Origin: a virus
Lineage: Duplodnaviria; Caudoviricetes
Length of the DNA: 64,000 nt
Direction: 5' to 3' (one strand)
IMG/VR virus record: IMGVR_UViG_3300044535_000374
Location: 3,212-67,211 of that record
Shown: positions 27,203 through 34,740 of the stretch, piece by piece
How the letters are laid out: the number at the start of each line of letters is the position of its first letter
How positions within the stretch are numbered: the stretch's first letter is position 1
Notes under the pieces: generated by a model
Told to the model about the DNA's origin: nothing
The model's database searches: none
The model's input: only the letters and a program-made list of their open reading frames with translations
Made by a program: the position numbers and the translations under genes

Positions 27203-29359
27203 ATGAATCAAGTTAAAAAACAACCTAGAAAATTCTCTGTATTGACACCTGTAAATGAGAGAAGCAGAAACAAATTTTTATTACCATTGGATGCATTCTC
27301 TAACAAGTACATCCAAAAGTTTGTAGTCATGACATCAAGTTCAATGACAAGTGATGCAGTCTATGATTACGAGAGCGTTTACTCATCAGGAACGAATAGT
27401 GAAAGCAGATATGCTAACATGTTCAGACTAGCTAAAATGAACAGCGGAAGAATAATTGTGCCACAATTGTATTCAACACATTCAGGTGGAAGCAGAATAA
27501 GATTAAAGCTAAATGATACAGAAATTCATATCAGCAGTTCACTATTTGATTTGCTAGTAAATGAATTCGGTATGAAGTATTACATTGATGAAAACAGAGA
27601 GCATAACGGATACAAGATTAAAGTTATTGTTATCAGTGATGACATGATTGCACCTGATTTAACAGAGTCATTGGTGGAAGTGGGAAGACTTGTAAAGGTT
27701 ACAGATGACAGCCAAATTTGGGGAACAGATACATTGCTAGGTTATCATTATTCAGCATGGCATCCAAAGATTGCATCTAATTTCACAAAGTACATGGACA
27801 AGACTTTAGGTGCAGTTAACTTTGGATTTGAAGCAGAGAAGCAAGACTACACATTCAGGGACAGAGAGAATGCTATTAAATTAGCTTTTGAGACAGGATT
27901 TAAGAAAGAGAGAGATGGCAGTTTAGGTGATGGAGGATTTGAATTGATTTCACCTGTATTACCATTGAACAATGATGCAGTCATCAATGAAGTACTTGCA
28001 CCTGTTAGGGATATATTGGATGCGGAAACTAGCGACAGATGTGGTGGTCACATCAATGTATCAATCAATGGTGAAAATTCTAGAGACATCCTTAAGAAAG
28101 TGAAAGGAAGTTTACCAATATTCTATTCAATCTATGAGAAGCGTTTAAACAACAGCTATTGCCAAGCACAGCAGTTTGGCACATACCTTCGCTCACCTAG
28201 AAAGTACCAATCATTCTATGTGAAGAACAATGAGATTCTTGAATTCAGAATATTCCCTGCAATCAAGAGCAACACCATCCTTAAGAACAGAATTGATTTG
28301 ATGCGCATAGTATTGAATGACCTGTATGGTAAGACACATAACAAGGTTATCCTTGAGATGGCTAAAAAGAATTCTAAGTTATACAATTTCATGTTGAATG
28401 TAGTGTGCAATGGCGACATGGATAAGTTCAAAAACAAGTTCAAGACATTCATCACATTATCAGCTAAGTACAAATGTGGTATCGTTACAATTAACACGAT
28501 TAAGAAAGTTGAGCAGATGATGAGCATGAGTATCATTACTCCTACAGAAACTACACAGGAACCTACAGAGACTACACAAGCACCTAGAGAAAGAGTATTC
28601 CATGTAGACTTACCTGATACGACATCCACATGGGTAACAGATGCAGTGACTGAATTATCAAACGATGATTCATACAGACAGGAGCGTTCTAACGATGTGA
28701 GAGATGGCAGTATTGATGGTGTGAACGAGGATGTTATTGTTACATCATTCGCTCAGAATGTAGAAAGCTACAGAGGACTATCATCAAGCGCTAGAACAGA
28801 ATTGAATACAGCATTCCTTTCAGATGAAATTTATGTAAACAATATGAGAGCGACAAATGAACAGCTATGTCAATTCTTTGCGCCAAACAGCATGGTATCA
28901 TTAGGCACACCATGTGAATACAGCAGTAACTTTAGTATCATGGTGAAGAAAGCATTAAATACTATTGGTGGTGTGATTAGCTCTGTATTAAACTATGAGA
29001 CATTGCCTGTATCGGTTATTAATTCACAGACAGAAAGATTGTTTGATTCATGCAGAGACAATGATATGCAAGTATGTCAAACATATTCTCAGAGCGAGAT
29101 GTCATTTTTCAACAGAATATTTGCAATGCTAATTACCACATCTAGATTCACAGATACAACAAACATGTGTTTCAGGGCTGAATTTAAGCTATCTACTTTG
29201 TCATCTGAAAGGTACTACATGAACTTTATCAGACACGAGGATGGCACATATATATGCGCTCTAGCTAAGAGACTAGATGGTAATAGATTCGTGTATATAT
29301 TCAATGAACATGAATTGAGTCTAAACTTATTAACTGATTCATCTCAAAATCCTTTTTAA
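27203..29359 (+). CDS. Putative amidoligase (COOH-NH2 ligase, Amidoligase_2-like) with extra N- and C-terminal regions
   Basis: FGFEAEK, ERDGSL...GFELISP, CGGHINVS, LEFRIF motifs; likely start MNQVKK at 27203. Confidence 0.82.
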   Translation: MNQVKKQPRKFSVLTPVNERSRNKFLLPLDAFSNKYIQKFVVMTSSSMTSDAVYDYESVYSSGTNSESRYANMFRLAKMNSGRIIVPQLYSTHSGGSRIRLKLNDTEIHISSSLFDLLVNEFGMKYYIDENREHNGYKIKVIVISDDMIAPDLTESLVEVGRLVKVTDDSQIWGTDTLLGYHYSAWHPKIASNFTKYMDKTLGAVNFGFEAEKQDYTFRDRENAIKLAFETGFKKERDGSLGDGGFELISPVLPLNNDAVINEVLAPVRDILDAETSDRCGGHINVSINGENSRDILKKVKGSLPIFYSIYEKRLNNSYCQAQQFGTYLRSPRKYQSFYVKNNEILEFRIFPAIKSNTILKNRIDLMRIVLNDLYGKTHNKVILEMAKKNSKLYNFMLNVVCNGDMDKFKNKFKTFITLSAKYKCGIVTINTIKKVEQMMSMSIITPTETTQEPTETTQAPRERVFHVDLPDTTSTWVTDAVTELSNDDSYRQERSNDVRDGSIDGVNEDVIVTSFAQNVESYRGLSSSARTELNTAFLSDEIYVNNMRATNEQLCQFFAPNSMVSLGTPCEYSSNFSIMVKKALNTIGGVISSVLNYETLPVSVINSQTERLFDSCRDNDMQVCQTYSQSEMSFFNRIFAMLITTSRFTDTTNMCFRAEFKLSTLSSERYYMNFIRHEDGTYICALAKRLDGNRFVYIFNEHELSLNLLTDSSQNPF

Positions 29360-29370
29360 TTTTTCATGGC

Positions 29371-29418
29371 TGTAGGGGAAGCGACATATCTATTCCTAGA
29401 TTAATTTAATCCCCTACA
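29371..29418 (+). promoter_or_regulatory. Long-loop inverted repeat after the amidoligase gene (terminator or processing stem)
   Basis: TGTAGGGGA (29371-29379) / TCCCCTACA (29410-29418). Confidence 0.55.
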
Positions 29419-29421
29419 AAT

Positions 29422-29452
29422 TTTGTCAAACAAAATATTATAACTAACTTTG
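29422..29452 (+). promoter_or_regulatory. Full Bacteroidota promoter TTTG-N19-TAACTTTG
   Basis: -33 and -7 elements at canonical spacing, upstream of ATG 29476. Confidence 0.75.
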
Positions 29453-29475
29453 TAAACAATCAAATAATCAAAACT

Positions 29476-30483
29476 ATGTGTACATTCTTTGTAAAAAAAC
29501 CTAAGCAAGTCTTAAAGCAAGACCATTTCAACACCATCATAGAAAACAATCCTCAAGGATTCGGATTCGTATACACCACAGGTGACAGGCTAGTCATCGT
29601 TAAGTCAGCAAAGCCTGATGCAAAGCAATTATGGAATAAGTATCAGGATGCTGTTGCTAAATATCCTCAGTCACATTTCATCGGTCATGGCAGGATTGCC
29701 ACAGGCAGTAATGTAGACTATGAGAATACACACCCATTTCTTATCAACAAAGGTTTGGTATTCGTTCACAATGGTATCATCAGACAATTCCCATCAACAG
29801 CCAAGCGCAGTGACACATACCAATACATGGAGCAGGTATTACGCAAGTTACCTAGAGACTTTTACAAACAGAAGGCTATCATGGATTTGATAGGCAGAGA
29901 CATTGTAGGTAGCAAGTTTGCATTCCTGACTATTGATAATAAGGTATACATCGTAAACGAACATGCATGTGTTACAGATACAGAGACAGGCGTATTATTC
30001 AGCAACAGCAACTACAAGCCTAGCGAATGGTTAGATTATGGTGGTACTAAGATTCACAAGTACGATACCAAAAAGACTAACAAGTACAGCTATGATTGGG
30101 ACAAGGGAGCTACACAAAGCAAGTTAGACTTTCATATTGACAGAGACTCAGCAGAAATTAAACATCAGGCAGGTGACTACATCCATTGCCTAGATTGTGA
30201 TGATTGGGTATACAAGACATCATACGAGAAGAAGTTTGATTGTTGCACATCATGTGCTAAGGATTACGGATACCTTACATTGATGGGTACAGAGACAGGA
30301 CAATTTGAAAAAGAAGTTGAAGGATTGTACCATTGCGATGAATGTAATGTAAATGTGGCATCACACAGATACGATGGATTCCATCTATGTAGTGAATGCG
30401 AGAAGATGTACATAGGTGCTAAGCCTATATACTCAGAGATAGAGGAGTATAACAATTCATTTGATAACTATGAAAACATATAA
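29476..30483 (+). CDS. Class II glutamine amidotransferase with C-terminal Cys-rich (Zn-binding) repeats
   Basis: Cys2 nucleophile (MC), NPQGFG, HGRIAT, NTHPF, HNGII, SDT; four CxxC motifs in the tail. Confidence 0.88.
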   Translation: MCTFFVKKPKQVLKQDHFNTIIENNPQGFGFVYTTGDRLVIVKSAKPDAKQLWNKYQDAVAKYPQSHFIGHGRIATGSNVDYENTHPFLINKGLVFVHNGIIRQFPSTAKRSDTYQYMEQVLRKLPRDFYKQKAIMDLIGRDIVGSKFAFLTIDNKVYIVNEHACVTDTETGVLFSNSNYKPSEWLDYGGTKIHKYDTKKTNKYSYDWDKGATQSKLDFHIDRDSAEIKHQAGDYIHCLDCDDWVYKTSYEKKFDCCTSCAKDYGYLTLMGTETGQFEKEVEGLYHCDECNVNVASHRYDGFHLCSECEKMYIGAKPIYSEIEEYNNSFDNYENI

Positions 30484-30485
30484 AC

Positions 30486-30689
30486 ATGGAAAAATTTTTA
30501 ACAGAGCAACAGCAGAAAGTATTAACTATTGGTAAGTGGGACATAGCTCCCACACCAAAGTATCTTACACTATATCCTGAAGATTTTGTACAAGACATTG
30601 AGTCATGGAACCAAGTATGTGACCAATTGAATGTACCTTATGATTCACCTTATGTACATATTTTATTCATCGCAACAAAAACCAATTAA
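30486..30689 (+). CDS. Hypothetical early protein
   Basis: 67 aa, tightly packed with neighbours. Confidence 0.55.
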   Translation: MEKFLTEQQQKVLTIGKWDIAPTPKYLTLYPEDFVQDIESWNQVCDQLNVPYDSPYVHILFIATKTN

Positions 30690-30690
30690 C

Positions 30691-30906
30691 ATGGACAAAG
30701 TAAATTTAATTAAGATTGATACCAAAGAACATTTTGAAGTATCAATGGATGAGAACAAGTATTATGCTACACATGAATACAATAATCATGGACATGATAA
30801 GTGGTGGGTGTTTAGTGACATGGGAGTTCATGAGAATGATGTGGTGTATTTTTCTGTAGTGAATTTATGTAACAACAAGTATAAAAAAATAAATCATATC
30901 GTATGA
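30691..30906 (+). CDS. Hypothetical early protein
   Basis: Likely start MDKVNL at 30691. Confidence 0.55.
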   Translation: MDKVNLIKIDTKEHFEVSMDENKYYATHEYNNHGHDKWWVFSDMGVHENDVVYFSVVNLCNNKYKKINHIV

Positions 30907-31205
30907 GCATGAGCATGACAGGTCAGGAAGTCCTGATGAATATACTAACTAAGATTGTAGTAGATGTAGCTATACAGAATGATGATGACTACAATGATTT
31001 CATGGATGCTGTAATAACATCCATCCTGTATGTGGCTAAGACAGAACAACTATGGGATGATGCAGAGATACAGACAGCCATAACTATCATCAATCATCGT
31101 GCTAAAGAGTTAATCAATACAATTGATTTTGATGAGGATGAGCATAAGCCTAACATCCAAGCAATAAACGATATAATCAACAGAGCATTTGACAATTTAA
31201 ATTAA
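30903..31205 (+). CDS. Hypothetical acidic protein
   Basis: 100 aa, ATGA overlap with the previous gene. Confidence 0.55.
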   Translation: MSMSMTGQEVLMNILTKIVVDVAIQNDDDYNDFMDAVITSILYVAKTEQLWDDAEIQTAITIINHRAKELINTIDFDEDEHKPNIQAINDIINRAFDNLN

Positions 31206-31211
31206 AAAACA

Positions 31212-31409
31212 ATGAGCATATTAAAACAACAGGTATCAACATTCACAGATTTGACACCTAGAGAAAGACAGATATTTATTGCAGAATTATATCACAATGC
31301 GTGGTATTCAGAAGATAGATATAAACAACTAGAGGAGTTATATAACCTATGGGTGAGTGACCCTATCAAAGAAAAAGCATTCTTAAACGAAATAAACGAA
31401 ACATCATGA
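31212..31409 (+). CDS. Hypothetical protein
   Basis: 65 aa, A-rich leader. Confidence 0.55.
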   Translation: MSILKQQVSTFTDLTPRERQIFIAELYHNAWYSEDRYKQLEELYNLWVSDPIKEKAFLNEINETS

Positions 31410-31594
31410 AACAAGCGCATGTACAAATCACAATCACATGTCCCACATGCAGTGGTGATGGATTCTATTTAGACTATGCAGGAAGTGAGGAGCAAGGTTT
31501 GGATTATGAGAAAGCATACGAATGTAAAGATTGCAAAGGAACAGGATTAATTAATAACACAACATACAACAATGGAGAATTTGAAAGGCGTTGA
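31406..31594 (+). CDS. DnaJ-type CxxCxGxG zinc-finger protein
   Basis: CPTCSGDG and CKDCKGTG. Confidence 0.7.
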   Translation: MKQAHVQITITCPTCSGDGFYLDYAGSEEQGLDYEKAYECKDCKGTGLINNTTYNNGEFERR

Positions 31595-31862
31595 ACTAAT
31601 TGTCAGCATAGCATCACAGCTAACACTAGAAGCAGTTATGTCAAAAGACGAGCAGTTTAAAAAGGTAAGATGTTTACAAGCATCACATCTAATCAAAGGA
31701 TGTAGTGATTTATCAGGTAAGAGCGTAATTGATTTGCTAGTATTAAGCAAAGCAATGACACTATCTATGAACGATGGCTATAGACAATTTGAAAGAGAGA
31801 TGGAAGGTGAGGAAATTTTAAAAAACATATTTAAGGATGAAGAAAATAAAAAAGGTGATTGA
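31572..31862 (+). CDS. Hypothetical protein
   Basis: 96 aa ORF. Confidence 0.5.
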   Translation: MENLKGVELIVSIASQLTLEAVMSKDEQFKKVRCLQASHLIKGCSDLSGKSVIDLLVLSKAMTLSMNDGYRQFEREMEGEEILKNIFKDEENKKGD

Positions 31863-31989
31863 GGTTACAATAGCATTGGGTATTGGTGCGTTTCTATGGG
31901 ACAAAGACATAAGCGCATCTGATAATATATGGATGATGATACCCATGTATTTCATATTCGGATTGATGTACTATTTCTTAAAACAATAA
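31837..31989 (+). CDS. Small membrane protein (50 aa, not in the ORF track)
   Basis: MKKIKKVIEVTIALGIGAFLW...MMIPMYFIFGLMYYFLKQ; two hydrophobic stretches; fills a gap. Confidence 0.5.
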   Translation: MKKIKKVIEVTIALGIGAFLWDKDISASDNIWMMIPMYFIFGLMYYFLKQ

Positions 31990-32016
31990 TTTTCATTAAC
32001 CAAAAAATAAAAACAA

Positions 32017-32310
32017 ATGAAAAATCTGAGAACAAAAAATGGTTTACAAGTTAACCAAATCGGAGAGACAAAAGACCTAATTTTAGGTTTAGTAGCAGGA
32101 CAAAAATCATTCCTAGCATGGAATAAGTCTGATGGCAAACAGCACCACAACAAGCATAGGAGCAAGTTTGACCTGATGTTTGAGGAACCTGTGAGCAATG
32201 AAAGGTTTGTGGTGGTTAAAAAATGGGGTAACAGGCTATCAGCTAATATCCTAGAAAGAGAGCCAAAGAAAACCAAGTCTGTAGTTAAATGTATCAAAAT
32301 TACAATCTAA
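32017..32310 (+). CDS. Hypothetical protein
   Basis: 97 aa, AACCAAAA leader. Confidence 0.55.
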   Translation: MKNLRTKNGLQVNQIGETKDLILGLVAGQKSFLAWNKSDGKQHHNKHRSKFDLMFEEPVSNERFVVVKKWGNRLSANILEREPKKTKSVVKCIKITI

Positions 32311-32717
32311 TGTCAGACAAAATCCAAAGGCTAATTGATGAGCTAAAGCAAGAATGCCTAAAGGATAATAAAAGATGTGTTGTCATCCTCAAGAAAATTG
32401 GGGATGATGACATTCATCAAAAAATTATTCACTATGTTGTCAATCGTATTACTCAAATTTATAATGTATCTGTGGAAGAAATCATTTCATGGAGAAAATC
32501 ATCAGATGCTAAGCAAGCAAAAAAGATGATAGTTTTTATCCTTATAAATAGGTACGCCATAAAAGTTTCCCATTTGGCTAACTATTTAGGAGTGAGCTGT
32601 CAATCAATTAGTTACATGGCATCTAACCCTAATTCAGTGTATGCGATTAATAATTATAAATTATTTGTGTCTAAAATAGAAGATGAATTAAGCAATGCAT
32701 TAGATTTGCAATCTTAA
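32310..32717 (+). CDS. DnaA C-terminal (domain IV)-like HTH protein
   Basis: YNVSVEEIIS.RK....QAKKMIVFIL...LANYLG....SISY pattern. Confidence 0.55.
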   Translation: MSDKIQRLIDELKQECLKDNKRCVVILKKIGDDDIHQKIIHYVVNRITQIYNVSVEEIISWRKSSDAKQAKKMIVFILINRYAIKVSHLANYLGVSCQSISYMASNPNSVYAINNYKLFVSKIEDELSNALDLQS

Positions 32718-32833
32718 TTTTTTGATATGAATATAGACATGAACGACATTGAGCAGGTAAAAAAGGCATTGGCAATCCTAGAAGCACAAAGAGAGATTCT
32801 AATTAAACAACTAAGGAAACTAATTTATCAATC

Positions 32834-33187
32834 ATGAAATCATTTACCGAAAGAGAGGTATTGCTACAGGTAAAACGAGTATACTCAAAGGATGAGGTCA
32901 TTGCAGAGTTACATAGGCAGATAAAGGATTATGGTTTTCAGGTAGGCATTCTAGAATCAGAGATAGCAGAACTAAAGGATGAGAACGAAAAACTTCGTAA
33001 ACTAGGCACCTTAAACAGACAGGAGGAGTACACTAAAAATATTCTAAATCAGTTAAAAGGGGAAAGAGAAAGGAAGAATAAGTTCAAAAGAAATTCCGAA
33101 CTATGGATGACAAAGTACCATCAATTGCTTAATTTTCAAACCACATCACCACATCTACAACCATTGGACATAGATGATGATGAATAA
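32834..33187 (+). CDS. Coiled-coil hypothetical protein
   Basis: 117 aa, heptad-rich. Confidence 0.55.
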   Translation: MKSFTEREVLLQVKRVYSKDEVIAELHRQIKDYGFQVGILESEIAELKDENEKLRKLGTLNRQEEYTKNILNQLKGERERKNKFKRNSELWMTKYHQLLNFQTTSPHLQPLDIDDDE

Positions 33188-33198
33188 AAAAACAAACA

Positions 33199-33819
33199 AT
33201 GGTTTTAAATTCAAACATACCAAGTTTTAAAGGTGTAGTAAGGAAATCTTACTTTACGAAAGAAGATGCGGACATGAACGAGTATTACAATGTGTATGTA
33301 TTTGGCATCCAATCATGTGGAGGTAAGATACTTACATTCCATGTGTTAACTGATTCAGGCATGTTAAGGAGTAGAGTTCCAATATCAGAGATATACACTA
33401 GAGTTCCCACAAACGACATCCCATTCAACTACAAACAGCTATGGGATTGCTTTAGCGAGAATGTATCTGTTATTGAGTATGATTTCTTAGCTTATCACAG
33501 GTGTCAAGTAGTTTTAAGGGATGGCAGTAAGGTATGGGCTACATACATATTGACTATTGATTGGTATAACAATCCTTACAGCGATGAACCTTCTGACTAC
33601 AAATGCGGTCACTTACTTGAGTCTGATGATGGGTATCTCATGTGCATGCCTAACAACAGAATATTTTGGAAGGATAGCAATTGGGTTACAAAGCAGTTAC
33701 CTGAAGATTTAAAACAATTTAAGGTTGACACTAACCTAGATTCCGTTGAGAATCAATCAGATAAATGGATAGTAGAGGATACGAATTCCTTTTACTACGA
33801 TATAATAGAAAACAAATAA
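33199..33819 (+). CDS. Conserved phage protein of unknown function
   Basis: LNSNIP, QLWDCFS, YILTIDW, PNNRI motifs resembling a widespread aquatic phage family. Confidence 0.6.
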   Translation: MVLNSNIPSFKGVVRKSYFTKEDADMNEYYNVYVFGIQSCGGKILTFHVLTDSGMLRSRVPISEIYTRVPTNDIPFNYKQLWDCFSENVSVIEYDFLAYHRCQVVLRDGSKVWATYILTIDWYNNPYSDEPSDYKCGHLLESDDGYLMCMPNNRIFWKDSNWVTKQLPEDLKQFKVDTNLDSVENQSDKWIVEDTNSFYYDIIENK

Positions 33820-33822
33820 CCT

Positions 33823-34023
33823 ATGACACCAAAAGAAAAAGCAAAAGAATTATTTGATAAATATTTTGAGGTAACAAATAATTATTATCAAGCTAAAGAA
33901 TGTGCATTAATAGCAGTAGATGAAATATTAGATTTAAAGCATATAGTAACATTAAGAAGGAATATGCACGAAATGGAATTAGAATATTGGATGGAAGTTA
34001 AACAAGAAATAGAAAACCTATAA
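33823..34023 (+). CDS. Small MTPKEKAKEL-type hypothetical protein
   Basis: MTPKEKAKEL...AKECALIAVDEI...YW.EVKQEIE.L. Confidence 0.65.
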   Translation: MTPKEKAKELFDKYFEVTNNYYQAKECALIAVDEILDLKHIVTLRRNMHEMELEYWMEVKQEIENL

Positions 34024-34039
34024 CCAAAACAAATAACCT

Positions 34040-34267
34040 ATGGATTGCGAAAATGGATGGAAAGGAAATTGCTGTTGTAATTGCACAAGACAAATACCAT
34101 TATTTAAACACCCAATGAATAAAGGAGAAGGTAAAGGAAGTATTTCAGAAAGTATGGGGTTTGCTTGTACTGCATTTTGGGATATGGATAAGACAGAAGG
34201 AATGATATTTTTTGATAACCCACATGGAATATGCGAAATGCATAATAGAAAAAACCAAAATAAATAA
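34040..34267 (+). CDS. Small Cys-rich hypothetical protein
   Basis: CCCNC, HP.N, HGICE. Confidence 0.6.
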   Translation: MDCENGWKGNCCCNCTRQIPLFKHPMNKGEGKGSISESMGFACTAFWDMDKTEGMIFFDNPHGICEMHNRKNQNK

Positions 34268-34270
34268 CAT

Positions 34271-34600
34271 ATGGAAAAGTCGTACTATGCTATTATACCT
34301 GCATCTGTCAGGTATGATAAGAAGCTAACGCCCAATTCTAAGCTATTGTATGGGGAAATCACAGCCCTATGCAATGAGAAAGGCTATTGTTGGGCAAATA
34401 ACACATACTTTAGCACATTATACAAGGTATCTAACAGAACCATCACAAATTGGATTAACGAACTAAAAGGAGCAGGTCATATCATTGTAAACTATGAGAG
34501 GGCAGATGTAGAAGGATACTCAAAAAGGTATATTATGTTGGCTGATACAAGCATCCATGCTAAGCCAATGGGTAGGAAAAAATCTTCTAGTACCCCCTGA
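34271..34600 (+). CDS. HTH replication initiator / replisome organizer (N-terminal domain only)
   Basis: YYAIIPA.VRYD..L....KLLYGEITAL....GYCWA.N.YF..LY....TI..W HTH_36-type motif; followed by iterons. Confidence 0.8.
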   Translation: MEKSYYAIIPASVRYDKKLTPNSKLLYGEITALCNEKGYCWANNTYFSTLYKVSNRTITNWINELKGAGHIIVNYERADVEGYSKRYIMLADTSIHAKPMGRKKSSSTP

Positions 34601-34731
34601 AAATAATTTCTATACCCCCATGAAGAAATTTTCTATACCCCCCTGAAAAAAACTTCATACCCCCATGAAAAAATTTTCTACCATAATAATACAATGAATA
34701 ATACAAGGAATAATACATTAATAATAATACA
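34585..34731 (+). repeat. Putative replication origin: about 23 bp iterons plus AT-rich AATAATACA repeats
   Basis: TTCTATACCCCC(A/C)TGAA-like units at 34585, 34608, 34631, 34654 and a partial one at 34676; four AATAATACA copies at 34685-34731. Confidence 0.75.
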
Positions 34732-34740
34732 TACTATACT

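Larger units (their letters stand above)
33809..34273 (+). repeat. Three gene-junction repeats (AACCAAAA)CAAATAACCTATG
   Basis: 17 nt identical at 33809-33825 and 34026-34042; 19 of 21 match at 34253-34273. Confidence 0.75.

Noticed and set aside
34598-34606. TGA readthrough fusing the initiator to the primase-helicase
   Set aside because: A TAA follows two codons later, and the reopened frame differs from the helicase frame
34585-34731. Mini CRISPR array
   Set aside because: Units are near-tandem with no unique spacers and no cas genes; context fits replication iterons
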